Shown here: positions 50,675 to 64,000 of the stretch, piece after piece
Numbering within the stretch: position 1 is the first letter of the stretch
How the letters are laid out: each line of letters starts with the position of its first letter
Assembly (NCBI RefSeq): GCF_021028975.2
Contig: NC_059434.1
Location: 65,162,001 to 65,226,000 of the forward strand
Direction of reading: 5' to 3'
DNA: 64,000 bases
Source: Sphaerodactylus townsendi
Lineage: Eukaryota
Notes under the pieces: model-generated
Seen by the model: only the letters and a program-made list of their open reading frames with translations
Database searches by the model: none
What the model was told of the DNA's origin: nothing
Made by a program: the position numbers and the translations under genes

Positions 50675-51635
50675 GATCACAGGCACACTGTCACATCTAG
50701 TCTGACTCTCAAAAAATCTTATTGAAGTAAGGAGTCAAGAATTAGAGTTGGGAGTAATCTGAACCAAAGCTAGTGGAGCATTCACTGATTCATTTCAGTT
50801 GGAACCTGCTTTGGATTATTTCTATCTCTGTGTTTTACAATCCAGGTTTTCTATGTCTTTCTTTGTATTGTCTTTCTTCCAAACAGTGCAAAGTGATGAG
50901 TCCAGACAGAACATTACTACACTATCTTGCAGAACTTATTAGGTTGAATACAATCAGCTTTTCTTCTGGTGAAAAGGAATGAGGGCTGCCTTTTGACCAC
51001 CAAAAAAGCCTATGCTAGTGCTCACAGGACCTAGCATGTACAAAAACCTATGTGATGCAGGTGATGTAGTAAGAAGGGGAACTGGATACCGTGGGCTGAA
51101 AACATTAACTAGATCCAACCCATAAACTGCGTCTAAATCTTAACATGGCACAGTTGTGTACTCTCTATTGCTTACAATTTAGCATTACATTGCCTTCTTT
51201 GAGACTAGGTGCATTTTATTTTGTTTTTTCACCCAACCATGCTCAAACTAGCACACTTTGAATTGATGTATAAATCTCAATTGTAATGTAACTCACAAGA
51301 AGAAAACTGGCAAGTTTATCCTGCAGTTCTCTCTTGTGATGAAACATTCCTTAATATGCATCCTAGCACAGTTAGGTTTATACATAACCCAGGCACAAAG
51401 AAACCATTTCCGGATCTGAATGGAGAGAATAGACATTTAAAAAGACAATTTTGCCAGCAGAAAGTCCTGAGAAAGACAGTGGCCACAATCCAATGAAGAA
51501 CATGCATTTATTATAGATACATATTAGCTGTAGCAGTTCCTATAGTTGTAGAGGCAAGCCTGAGTCTGTTCTTTGGGGACATATTAAAAAACCAAATCTC
51601 CTCATATTTTGTCCAGACTGGGAAAAACAGTAAAG

Positions 51636-51770
51636 CATAGGTGTCAAACTCGTGGCCCTCCAGATGTTATGGACTACAGTTCCCATCATCCCCTGCTAGC
51701 ATGATGCCGGCAGGGGATGATGGGAACTGTAGTCCATAACATCTGGAGGGCCGCGAGTTTGACACCTGTG
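51636..51770. mobile_element. 135-bp fully palindromic hAT MITE
   Basis: Perfect 8-bp TSD CAGTAAAG (51628-51635 and 51771-51778) and ~65-bp arms with very few mismatches. Confidence 0.95.
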
Positions 51771-52658
51771 CAGTAAAGTGTCTGAAGAGAGAGCAGGCTT
51801 TTTCTCCCACCCAGTAAAGCTCTCACTTTCATTTTCGCCGGCACCCACCATTTTCTACTTAAATCCTCCATTTGTTGTGCCCACCATTTGCTGAACTTGC
51901 CCTGGGACATTTGCTCTGCATGCCTTGTGCCTGGGCTTCTTTTTCAGGAAATAAACTACATAAATCAACTCAGCTGTTCTTGCTGATTCCGGCAATGTAT
52001 AGTTTTCCTGGGTTGTTTTTTTTTAATTCATGAGCTGTCTTCAAAGACACGAACACACAATATGACAATCAGCTGTGATTCTCATATCATGTGTTCATGT
52101 CTTCAAAGATAGCTCATCAAATTAAAAAAAACACAGGAGAACTATATCTTGCCACAATTGGCAAGAACAGCTGTGTTGATTCATGTAGTTTATTTACTGA
52201 AAAGGAGCCCGAGTGCAATGCAGGCAGCTTTGGGGGAAATGGTGCACTTTCAAGCATCCTCGAAATAGGCCAGCTTGAGCAGAAATAAGGCATTCTGAAG
52301 ACATTTTAGGGGGAAAGCTGTGCAGAATTCTTCCCCAATACACCCTTTTGGTGTCCTCAGGATGCCTTCTTTGTGCTGTGCAGAATGGACCATTGTTTAA
52401 AATGTTTTCTCCTCAGTCAGCCTGGCCTGCAGCAGGAGAGAGAAGACCCAGGTTCCTCAAGGGAACTGCTAATAATGTCTTTGCAAGTCCAAGCTAGATA
52501 AATGAAACATCAAGAGTAGCAGTAGGAGCTACTGAAAAGCACACAGGAGGAGAAGCAGCCCTACAGTTCTTTAAGTGAACATTTTGGACTTGCTGTTTAT
52601 TTTGTGTTACTAGGCACCCTCAGTTAGCTACTTTTGTGCAGAGTGCCATTTCTGAAAG

Positions 52659-53256
52659 CAGAGGCGTAGCTGAGTCAGAGTGTGCCTGGTGCGCACTCTG
52701 GCTTTTTCATGCCCCCCCATGGTGCCCCCCGTGGTGCCCCACCATCACCACCCACCACCACCACCCACTTTAGGAAACCGATCAGGCTGGAGGCCTGTTC
52801 TGGTGGAAACTACATTTCCCAGGGTCTCCTGGGAAATGTAGTTCCCACCAGAACAGGAAGGCCTGTTCTGCAGCCTGCTTGGTTTCCTAAAGTAAGTGTG
52901 GGGAGACACCGTGGGGGTGTGTGATTTCCCCCCCACAGCACCCCCCTGCGGTGTCTCCCCCACACTTACTTGAGGAAACCAAGCAGGCTGCAGAGCAGGT
53001 CTGCCTGTGCAGAGTGCCATTTCTCCTGGGAAATGTAATTTCCACCAGAAGGGTCTCCTGGGAAATGTAATTTCCACCAGAACAGGCAGGCCTGTTCTCC
53101 AGCCTGCTCGGTTTCCTCAAGTAAGTGGGGGGGCACCACGGGGGGGGGGTGCGGGGGAAGGGGGAGGGGCCAGGGAATTTTGCGCCCCCCACATGACCCA
53201 AATCCATGCGCCCGGTGTGTAGCACACACCCCCATTCCCTGGGAGCTTTGCCACTG
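52659..53256. mobile_element. hAT-like MITE with two internal hairpin modules
   Basis: TIRs CAGAGGCGTAGC / GCTTTGCCACTG, flanking repeat CTGAAAG, and internal palindromes at about 52764-52910 and 52950-53135. Confidence 0.85.
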
Positions 53257-56166
53257 CTGAAAGGCACTGAAGATCCTCTCTCTGCAAATGTTGCCATGTT
53301 CATAGCTGTTATGATTCAGTTTTACCTGTAGATGTAAAGTTGCTGGCTTGATAATATGTGTTTGTTACTTTGAAAACTATAATACCTTGAATGTTATCTT
53401 TTTGAAGCAATTTCATAATTGATTCCCAAGCCACAAAGGTGCTGTCATTTATTGATTTGAACACCACCCCCTCACAACTGGAAAAGATAATTTAGAAGAA
53501 TGATCTATGTAGCTAGAGTTCTGGGGGCTCACTAACACAGGATACAATTACTTGTGAGGCAATGAAATAAATTCATGTAGCAGCTAATTGGTAACAGCAG
53601 TCTTCCCCCTTGGAATGTTATATACATAAGGCTTATTTTTACCTAAGTCTTTTTTTGGGCTGCTGTATAATTAAAAAGAAAGAAATTATTCTTCTTGGTT
53701 AAGAAAGAAACAAAACTATTTTGGAAAAGCAATTTGCCAGTAGTTATTAAAATAATCAAAATGCTGCAATCATTTGTATTATTCTACCCTTTCCAGAAAT
53801 AGGGCAGGGGGGACCTTCCTTGTAAGTTGACTTTAATGAAGGTGTACCCAGGGTGAAATCCATTATATGCGAAGAATCTGAAAATAATCAAGTTCCTATG
53901 CAGAAACACAGAGAAATATTGATGCAGTTTTTTGACTTTTGCAAGGTCACACAACATGATTATATAGTAGCATTGCAGACCCAGTCAAGAAACATTCCAG
54001 TAGTTATGCATTGCCAAATTGTTACCCAAAAATAGGGTCATCAACCTACAGGTGAAATTTCAGCTGATGTTGAGACTATACAGATCAATTTCCTTGAAGC
54101 AAATGGTTGCTTTGGAGGGTGAGGTCTATGGCACAAGTTTAATATCAAACCCCAAATATCTCGCCACACTTAAAAGATGTCTGCCATTCAAATTCCCTCA
54201 AAATCCTTGTCAAACAGTGTCTCCGGAATATCTCCAAGGCAGAGGTTCCCCTTCCTCTTCAAGAAGCTCATTCCACAGAGCTGGAGCAATGATGGGAAAG
54301 GTCTGGGCTCCATTTGATGCCAGTCAGGCTGCCCTACTCTTTCAGAGCAACTTCCTATGTCACGTTCAAAGCAAACATTTCTGAGAAGCAGCACAAAATG
54401 TCTGAATTGTAATTAAGCACGGAGAACATGAAGAGTAACAGTGGGCTCCGTTTCAGTACTGCTGTCAGTCAGAACCTTTCTCTAGGAAATCTAATAATAT
54501 CTGTAACCACCCTGCAAAATACCAAGCATAAATTGGTTGTTTGGTGTACCACACACCATGAAAGAATTAGAAAGGCTGAGCTCATGCATGCTTGCTTCTG
54601 CTGTGTTATTCCAAGGGTCACTGAGATGGCGATTGTAGTATATTAGTCAGCTGTGGTGCTCTGATGACTGGAGACAGGATAGCAATGATGTGGCTGCCAG
54701 GTGTCCAGTGAAACTGTTCACTACATCTAGAGTAGTCTTTTTAATAGGCAAGTGGAGTATCCGGCATTGTGTGGAAATCTTTGGATGCTGCAAGAAACAG
54801 CTTTCTGTAACCTCAGTGAGTGGCTCTTAACTCTTGCCTTCATATTCTATGGCTGTATTTTATTGGTTGGGATCCCTATTCATGTGGAACTTGGGTACTT
54901 TTGTTTTTGAATGGCATTGGTTTCTTGTCAAGAGTAGCAGAAGGCTTGCTCCATGACTTTGTCTGTGCATCTCTTGGTTCCTTGAGTTCCTTTAACTGGA
55001 TTCTACGTTCTGTACACCTTAACTTTATGCTATCTATATACACCTTGAACGTAACAGGTATTGCAGCCTTCCAACTACCCTAGGCACCTTAGACTGACTG
55101 AGCTAAACAGAGGGGATTACTGGGTAATAACAGGAAGGCTGCCTCTAGAGAAATTTCTTAAAGAGACAGGTTCCACTAAAATTCCCTTCCTTAGAAATAG
55201 TATACAAATAATTAAACCCATTATAACTATAGCAATAACTGATGCTTAATTAGAAAATAATAAGAGCTTCTCTGGGGACATAACACCATGTGGTACACAG
55301 GCTGAACTATAACCTTTTCTACATAAAGAGCTCAGAAGATGTTTGAATTAATTCACCACATCTTCCTGGACCTTCATTATGTTGGAATGCTCCACTGGGT
55401 TCTAGTACCTGCCTTCCCTCCTCCTTTCCAATTCTCTGACAGCATTTTAAAATGTCATTTCAGTACCACTTCTGTCAAAACCATTATTATCTTCACTGGG
55501 AAACACAGCGCTCTAATAAAATAGCTCTTTAATAGCGCTTTAATAAAATATTGCTCCTGACAACTTTTAGCGACACTTGCCTTTTTGTAAGTTGCATCCG
55601 CCATTTTCTTTCCAGTCCCTGCCACAGTATAAATGCTATTTATATCAAAGTGCTATGTTTCCCAGCGAAGATAATGGTTTTTGATGGAAGTGGCACTGAA
55701 ACAACATTTTAAAATGCTACCAGAGAATCTGCACTTCTTTACAATGCAGGTGCATTCAGTTCCACTTCTGCCGGAGCACACATGACCTCACTGAGTTATT
55801 TTTGCTGAACAGAGTATAAGCAGGAGAATTAGGTGCAAGTTAGTGGAAAAGATAGTGGGATTTATCCTACATTATTCTGCACCAGTGAATAGGGGTCAGT
55901 GATTTGGTCCATATGAGACTGCATTTGGACCAGTCATGCTCTCATGTTAGTCAGCTTACATTCTCTGCAAAGAGAGATCCTATTTTAAAATGATAGGATA
56001 GACTTACATAAAACAACAGATGTCAGTTTTGGTACTTAAAAGTGAAAGCCTTTGATTTCAATACAACCTACTGATGTCAAGGTGTCTTTAGCATTGTAAG
56101 CTTGGCCACACGTGAGATAAATGGAATTCTGTTCAAACTCAAGCTTCTAACTGCTACAGTTTCTAA

Positions 56167-56582
56167 GGCCATTTCTGCACAGCCAGCTGACAGTCCCACT
56201 GGGTGCAGAGGCGACGGTGCAACTTTCACACAGGCTGTGCTGTCCCCAAACAGCTCTTACCTCCTCCTGGCTTCCGTCGAGTTGTGGAGGCCAGGGGACA
56301 CGCCCCCATGGCCAGAGCAACAGCTCTGAAGTTGGAGGCCAGGAGGCATGTTCCCTGGCCTCCACAATGCGACAGAAGCCAGGAGAAGGTAAGAGACATT
56401 TGGGGAAGGAGGGGAAGAAAACGCCACCTTCCACCCGCTGCCGTTCGCATGGCAGCGGGTGGAAGACGCCACTTTTGGAAAATCTTGCTCGTTGAGCAAG
56501 GTTCAAAAGCAGCATTTTCATGCCACTTGGCCGGTGTTTTTACCGTCCCTGGGGTGCTGTTATTGGGCTGTGTGGAAACAGC
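56167..56582. mobile_element. Harbinger-like MITE, family B (second copy)
   Basis: TAA flank, termini GGCCATTTCTGCACAGCC / GGCTGTGTGGAAACAGC, colinear with 14837-15302. Confidence 0.85.
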
Positions 56583-57033
56583 AGAAGTGAAATATTAGAG
56601 AAATGACTAAGCTTATTTAAGACAATTTGGTCATTTGTTATTGCTAAGTAAGAGCAAAATAATAAGCTATACATATTTTTCCCCAACCCATTTAGAGTTG
56701 TCTTTGATTACTATTAAGAAGTTGAGACATATTTGTTTGCATTCTAACTGAAAAGATACATTTCTGATGGACCATCACAGTCACTATACCATCTACTTTC
56801 TCCAGGCTACTTATTACAGCTTTCTCTAATTTTAAAAAACTCTTTATTGTAATATTAGTGTTTTTGCATGGACTTGAACATTATGCTGATTTTTTTTCTG
56901 CCACACCTGTTCCTCTGGACCGTGTCTGTATGTGTACAAAGTGTTGTTCAAGTCGCAGGCAACATATGGCAATCCCTACAAGATGCTTTCAAGGCAAATG
57001 ATTAGCAGAGGTGGTTTGTTATTGGGTTCCTCT

Positions 57034-57225
57034 CAGAGGTGGGATCCAACCAGTTCTCACCACTTCTCTAGAAGTGGTTACTAATGTTTTCTGAGTGCCG
57101 AGAAGGGGCTACTAAAGCAACCTCCCTGCCCAATAGGGACTGGAGGTGAGTGTGTGCAGTGGCGCCACTGTTTGAATCCCACCACCATCGGAACCTGTTA
57201 TTAAAATTTTTGGATCCCACCACTG
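57034..57225. mobile_element. hAT MITE nested in an older SINE-like repeat (about 56930-57340)
   Basis: TIRs CAGAGGTGGGATCCAA / TTGGATCCCACCACTG and perfect 8-bp TSD GTTCCTCT. Confidence 0.92.
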
Positions 57226-60200
57226 GTTCCTCTGCAGAGTCTTCTTTGGAGGTCATCCTAATGGCAAACCACTCCTGAATGTCTCTTGTTTTGAAAACCT
57301 TATGGGGTCACCATAAGTCAGCTGTGAATTGATGCCAAAATACATGTACGCATATATGGGAGCCTTTGAAGCTGACTGGCTAATGAACATCTTAAGCTGC
57401 TTTATACCAATATTCCAAGTAGTCTCTTCATCAAGCCATCCAAAGGTGTCAATAATTCAACACAAAGTAAATATAATATAGTTCAATTATTAAAACTGCT
57501 TGCAAAGATGGTTTCAGCATAGTTTATGCCACGAGAATCTAAAGGTATTCTGGAGACCCAACATAAAGTACTTTTTCTAGTCTCTCTTAATCCAAGAACA
57601 GAGCCCATTCAAGAAAGTATGTAATCAAGCCATCTAGGCAGTCACATTGGCATAATATTGTCTTATTATTATGGTGGAGAAAAGACCTGTTTGTTGTATC
57701 CTCAAATTGTGCTCCTACATGTCTGTCTCGCACTGTGGGAATACAAAATGCCAAAACGGATCTTTTTATAACATTCTAAAGGTGTTACATTTATACTGTG
57801 CAGAAACCACCAGAGATTATGTGTAACTGATGATAGTTACTTGCAAAGACACTAGAGGCTCATGTCAGGCTGGGGATTGGAAGGGGAATGGCCCCGATGC
57901 TGACTGACATGTGTTCTTGAGGCTAGATTTTTCTCCTTCCCATGAAGAAAATCCTGAAGACACTTTGGAGAGGCTTTTTCTTTTTACATTGAATTATATG
58001 ATGTGACAAATGGATTTAAATTTGAAGTTTGGTAGGAGAGACCTCATGAGGAGAGAAAGAACTGGATGTGACATCTCAGGAGCACCACTTTTCCCCAAGT
58101 TCCACCCCCACCCCCAACCGCTACCCCAGTATATCCAGGAATTTCCCAAACTGGTTTTGGTAGCCCTACCCTCCTCTTCTTGGTAGGGTTTTTATGTACA
58201 ACTCAGGCAAAATGCAGGACATATCAAGTCACATTTCTCTGTCTGCTGTAAAACATACCATTTTGTAAGTAGTTGTTTGTTTGGCCCCTGCCATAGCTGC
58301 AAAGTCTGTTGGAGAATTAAATGTATGTTTCAATAGAAAAAGGAGATGGAGTTCTTAGGAACAGGTAAAGAATTTGGGACAGGAGGAAAAGAATTTTTAA
58401 AAGACACTGCTGGTATGCAACTGATTGCAGGAAGAGGTTGGTAGTATGCTGACAGAGAATTGTGGAGTTCAAAGTATAAGAGTGAAAACACTCAGTAAGC
58501 CAGTACATTCTAAGATCTGCATTTGGTACAAAAGTATAAAATACAATATGGCTAGCAAACCTGAACACATATGCCTGTAATAACAAACAGACAGGCAGAT
58601 AGAATGATACAAATATATGTCTAATCTTCCATTTTCTTTCTTCTGCTCTCAATACTATTCCCTGAGATCCTTGCATGATAGGACAGATGGGAACCTTATT
58701 TAAATTTATAAAGCGTGACTACCACATGCTGAGCTAGACAAACAACGGAGCTTGGTTTCCTTTACATGAATTTTATTTAATGCTAGATTCCGTTTCAAAA
58801 CTTGAAGGTGGTGTAAATGCTTCATAGGAAATAGTCAGGAACCTTCTCAGAATACATGATGCTTTGCTCACATTTCCAAACTAGCTGTCCAAAAAAGATG
58901 TTAACATTCTGTTATTTATTGTTGCCATGATGAAAGTCCTGCACCATCCCAAAAGGAGTTTTAAAAAATGTCATGGTTGCCAAGGGAGGGGAGGGGAGAG
59001 ATTGTCCTTGAAAACAATCAAAGGCTAGAAGAGTTTTTACCAACTCATCACTGAAGTTGCCATGGGCATCATCTAAGAGCCTGGGTTTAAATGTCAAATT
59101 TCCCCTACTGTTTTTTTTAACCATTCATCAGTCCTGTATCATTCAATTATTTCCTTCCCTACCTCCCTTTTTTGTTATTGTTTTGACAGTATCTAAATGC
59201 TGCTTTCTTTTATTTCTGCCTCATTTCAGTTTACCTTAATGTTTGTTTCTGAGAACTGCAGAAGAAATAAGCTTTTTAGCAAATATGCTTCAATCATCAT
59301 ATTTTCTTGTGAAAAGAGTGAGAAAAGCATTAACAATATACTCCTTCAGAAATCATTGGCATATTAATATTTGGCTTGGGAAAAACACCTCCCATTAAAG
59401 AAAATTGCACAGTTAAAAGCAAAACATATTAAGTGCTAAATAAAAGCAGAGATAATAGTGAGTTCTATTCTGCCTTCTTGTTTCAGGGCAGATGGTTTTG
59501 CTATCGACTTGCTGAAATGCATTTTGCGCAGGGAAGGAAGAGAAAAGGAGAAAGGTCGCTGCATCTGTGGTGAGATCTTGGCAGGGGGTAAGAAGCCAAA
59601 TCCCATCATTAATGGAATGTATGCTTTTGATATCAGGCAGTTAAACTGCCCATCAATTGAATTAATGTATCTGCAACGTTGAAATAAAGAGTTTGTTTTT
59701 CCTTGCTGTTCTTCCTCCTCCTCCCATTAACTCCACTAAACCGGCACAGGACATCTGGGACCCCTTTGGGTTTTGTCGGACTGATTTGAATGGGGAGGAA
59801 GCCCAGAGCTCAGCTGTCTTGAAAAAAAGAAGAAAGGGGAAGGAAAACTTGCACTTTGTCGGTTATTACTGTTACTATGCAAATGAACACTAGTAGCCTA
59901 TAAAGTGAACAATCTGTGAATGGATAAGAAGTCTGTGGCTCTTTTGCTGCTGTTTTTTTCAATCTGCTGAGTTGCATGCTTGGTGGGGCGACAGAGCATT
60001 CATTTCTGCCGTTGAATACAGCATTCATGTGAGAACAGATATTTCGAGCAACACTTTAGCAACACTTTAGCATCGTATATTTTTGGCCTTAGATCTGGGC
60101 ACATAGTTCCCATAAGGCTGCCAACTCTAGAGAAGCATTGAAAATTTAAAAAGTACCAGGAGAATTTTTCAAATAAAAATCTGACACCAGGTAATGCCAT

Positions 60201-61483
60201 TCAGATCTCTTGTAATCATCACTAAGGGCCAAGATTACAAAGTCTTTTGAGTGGTTTTTTTAAAAAAAACTATCCCACAACACTGCACTTCCCACCACCC
60301 TCTTGCCAGTTGTCAGGCACTGGCAACCCTGCCTGACTCAGTTGTTGGAATGGAGGACTCAGTAGTCCTGGTCCCCTTCAGATGAGGAGTCTGTTCCTGT
60401 GCCTGAGTCTGGCTTGTGTTGGGGTGGGAGGCGGTTCTTACAGAGCCATGCACAAACCATGGGTCTCTATACATGTCACTTGCTACATTGGGAAGCAGTA
60501 GTGTAAATCAGGTTTGCAACACTGGGCTCTTGTCAGTTTGGGGCTTTACTGGCAGTCATGACCTTCTTGCATATCCCTGGTCCACAAGGAATTTATATAT
60601 CATTCAACACACAGGAATTTACTTCTAACCCTGTTCATTTCCATTTTAAAGTTCAGCATACTTTAGTAATGTGGTTGGAATCCTGAAAATTGATCCAAAT
60701 CTTAATAAAAGTGCAGTGAGCTGCAAAACATAAAATAAAATCCTGAAATTTGCAGGACCTTTTGAGTCAAATTCTACCTATAACTTGACACAAGGAAGCA
60801 GGAAATCTATGCCATGTTCTTGGCTTTTATCTCTCCCCCACCCACCCACCCCATAGTAGCTTCCCTCTGAGACCTTGTGCAAGCTGTTAATACTCCTTAT
60901 TCCTTTGCAGCCCATCTGTTAAGGGGGAATAATAATAATCCCTTTTTCTCATGCGGTATGTTCTTTCACAGGGAAAATATATTACTGTGCAGCAGGTTAT
61001 GCATTGGTCTTTGACAAAGTGACTACATTATTGGAAGTACTTCTGAATGCAGATCTTGTATGTAAACCTGTCATTCAGCACAAAATATATGCATTTCTAT
61101 TCATGCAATAATATTAGTGTTAAAGACTCCGCACAAACAAAGCCAAGGTGTATATGCTTATTCCTGCAAAAGGGGGCCATGTGAAATATTGGCATTCAGT
61201 TCCAGGATTACATCCCATTATTTTAAGGCTTTACAATTTATTATTATATGAGAAAGTAAATAATCACAGGAGAACACTGAGGGAAGACTGGGAAGAACAT
61301 CACTGTTAGCTGTTATGTCTGAAATAAGCATTTGTTTTTCCCTCCTGTTACCTGGTGTAACGCTTGTGTATGACCAAATGCAAAACAAATGACTCAGCCT
61401 TTGGTTCATGCCATGTCACCTGGGAATCCACAGAATCCAGCACTTGCCCAAGATACAGCTGGCTATTTTGTTTACTTGAAAAT

Positions 61484-61777
61484 CAGTGTGGTATAGTGGT
61501 TAAGAGTGGTAAATTCTAATCTGGAGAAGCAGGTTTGATTCCCCACTCCTCCACATGAGCAGCAGACTCTAATCTGGTGAACTGGTTTTGTTTCCCGACT
61601 CTTCCACATGAAGCCTGCTGGGTGACTTTGGACGAGAGTTTTCTCAGAATTCTTTCAGCCCTGCCTACACTCACAATAGGACTGTTGTGAGGAGGGAAAG
61701 AAAGGTGATTGCAAGCTGCTTTAAGATTCCTTCAAGGTAGAGAAAAGCGAGGTATAAAAACCAACCTTTTTTCTTCT
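61484..61777 (+). mobile_element. Squam3-like SINE, older subfamily
   Basis: CAGTGTGGTATAGTGGTTAAGAG..GGTTTGATTCCCCACTCC head, GCTGGGTGACTTTGG core, and TTCTTCT tail. Confidence 0.85.
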
Positions 61778-61842
61778 AAATTATAATGTTATGTTGTTGT
61801 GAGGAACTTTGGTTTCTTTGGAAAGAAATGCAGGGAATAGGA

Positions 61843-62500
61843 GAGGGGCTGTGGCTCAGTTGGTGAGCATCTGCTTGGTATGCAGAAGGTCCTAAGCTCA
61901 GTCTCCAGTTGAAAGGACTAGGGAAAAGGTTGTGATGGAATAGTGCTGTAAAAGCTAGCAGCGTCACACCTACATGTTAAAATGGTCTTTGATTTGCCAG
62001 ATGGAAAAACCAAAAATCCATGGAAATTTACCCAGGACAGGAAGATGCCCAAATGAGGCACTTCAAACGCTTTGGGTAACTGCATGGCAAGGAGGGAAGT
62101 TTTCTTGGAAGGTAAAGAACAAAGACCTAGGTGGCTCTATCATGGGAAAAGCTAATATGAGCACCTCTTAGCAGGAAGGTCCCAATGGAACCGTAAGAAT
62201 GTATTCAGCTGAGAAATCTCTGTAACTGCATTTTTGTTTTATTTGTTTCATTTCTGTTTTCCAATAAATCTTTGAGAATTCAGCTGGTCTAGAGTCATTG
62301 GAGGGAAAAGGACCCGGGATTGGGGTGAGATAGCGTGGCTCTCCCAAGCTTGATCTCAGCCTCAATCATCATATATAGGGAGGATATATAGGGAGGACCT
62401 CAACCTTAGATTCTGGAGAGCTGCTTCCAATCAAAGTAGACAGTACTGACCTTGATTGCCCAATGGTCTCATTCAGCATAAGGCAGAATCATGTGTTCCT
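61843..62500 (+). mobile_element. Squam2-like SINE split by a probable solo LTR (61931-62373)
   Basis: Head GGGGCTGTGGCTCAGTTGGTGAGCATCTGC runs to 61930 and the body resumes at about 62391. The insert starts TGTGATG, ends CATCATA, and has AATAAA at 62263. Confidence 0.65.
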
Positions 62501-62808
62501 GTGTAATTAAGTTTATATTCCCAAATATGTAATTCTGTTTTGGAGCCCACTGATGTAAATACTATCGGTCATAATTGTTTAAGGGAAGTGGCAATTCCTC
62601 TTCCAGTTCTCCATCTGATCTCACACCTGAAGTGCCTGATTGTCATGTAACATCTAGTGTGTTCAGTGACACTGCAAATGATGAAAATTAATTATGGTTA
62701 AATTACCGCTTCATGGAAATACAGAGCAAAAATTCCCATTAGTTCACTCTTTTCAGACTAGTCTCTTGATACACACAGATTTTTATCCTATGCCCTACAA
62801 TTTGAGTA

Positions 62809-62990
62809 CCGTATATACCGGCGTATAAGACGACTGGGTGTATAAGATGACCCCCCACTTTCCCAGTTAAAATATAGAGTTTGGGTTATACTCGCCATAT
62901 AAGACTACGTACCCGGCGTATAAGACGACCCCAGACTTTACAGATGATTTCCCAGGGTTCAAAAGTAGTCTTATACGCCAGTATATACGG
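62809..62990. mobile_element. Tc1/mariner (Tc2/pogo-like) MITE
   Basis: TA TSD, TIRs CCGTATATACCGGCGTATAAGAC / GTCTTATACGCCAGTATATACGG, and internal repeats of GTATAAGACGAC. Confidence 0.92.
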
Positions 62991-63935
62991 TAGCATTCTT
63001 TCTGCTGGCTATTTATTTTAATTTTAATTTTAATTTTTTTGTCTGGGCACTTACAGCAAGCTGTAAGTGAGGTTACTAATTTTATAGTAGAAATGGGTAT
63101 TTGTGCATGAGAGAGGAATATTCATGGCTATGGAGCTTGGAAGGAGGAAACAGATCCAAAATTCAAACTAAGTTTCCATCTGTTAAACCACAGGTTCCGA
63201 TTCTGGCAGGCAACCAATGACATTAGTATCTTAGATCACATGAGTAAGCAGCTGCCATTATCAATGCTGATCATGTTATACTTATATAACAGGCATAAGA
63301 CCTAAACCGAAGGGAATAAACACGCTGAAAGATTTGTCTCTTCTATTCAGAGCTGCTTGATTGCTTTTCACATCCGTATTTTTTCCTGCTGACAAGCAAA
63401 GCTTGAAAGTAATAAGTGCTGCATGAATTAAATACATCACACTTGACTGCCTGGGTACTGGTGGAGCTTCAAGCCAACCTGGGTTCTATCAATGTGCCGC
63501 TATTGATTTTGGTGCCTTGACAGAAAATGTCTGAAAAACAAATAATGAAGAAAAAAACTAATAAAAGTTAATTTTCCTGTTATGTTTCCTTGTCATCCAT
63601 CTAAAATAATGCTGAACTTGTAAACAAGGTTGTGTACATGTACCTATCAGTAGAGTTAAAACACTTTTCCTTGTTTTGACTCAGAAAGCCACACACAGAC
63701 TACCGTCTCATAATAAGAGATCTTTGACATCTAACTCACCTTGCTAATTTTAAGAATATCCTCCTTACAACATTGATTTCTTTTCCTTACAATTGAGTGA
63801 TAGATATTTAGCAGCTCAGTAGTATGGAAATCAACTGTAATTCCAAGAGATCTTCAGACACCACTAGGGGTTGGCAAGGGTTAGGGTTAGTCCTACTGTA
63901 GTGTGGGATTTATTTCAGAGAAAACATGCAAGGGG

Positions 63936-63985
63936 GTGGCAGTGGAGGGGGTAGCAGCTGTGGCAGTGGAGGGGGTAGCAGCTGG
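63936..63985. repeat. 24-bp tandem duplication
   Basis: GTGGCAGTGGAGGGGGTAGCAGCT occurs twice. Confidence 0.9.
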
Positions 63986-64000
63986 CCATGCCCCACCCCC

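Noticed and set aside
61843-61915. tRNA-like sequence
   Set aside because: SINE head with a damaged B box, no acceptor stem, and SINE body downstream.
63865-63890. TTAGGG-like run as an interstitial telomere
   Set aside because: Only about two units, so within chance.
1-64000. CRISPR arrays, operons or rRNA genes
   Set aside because: The DNA is eukaryotic, and no repeat-spacer periodicity or rRNA motifs were seen.

Overview
Non-coding, repeat-rich vertebrate DNA. The SINE, LINE and MITE content points to a squamate, probably a gecko (inference). No host protein-coding gene could be recognised, and every identifiable ORF comes from a mobile element. Contents: a decayed Ty1/copia LTR retrotransposon (8117-11374) inserted inside a tRNA-derived SINE; fragments of L2, CR1, Rex1/Babar and an RTE-X-like LINE; several solo LTRs; many Squam2-like and Squam3-like SINEs; Harbinger-type, hAT-type and Tc1/mariner-type MITEs; and Penelope-like terminal-repeat fragments, one with a complete minimal hammerhead ribozyme core (37222-37268). 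The most unusual structure is the left end of the copia element: a ~800 bp palindrome of two head-to-head LTRs whose 20-nt loop holds the LTR start and the polypurine tract, so both ends of the insertion are U5 ends. This fits fold-back (hairpin) priming during reverse transcription. Other points of note are a 19-bp templated insertion inside a hAT MITE hairpin, a promoter-like motif cluster near 48.5 kb, and a weak set of phase-compatible minus-strand exon candidates. Repeat family names come from recalled consensus motifs, not database searches, and boundaries of old repeats are approximate.
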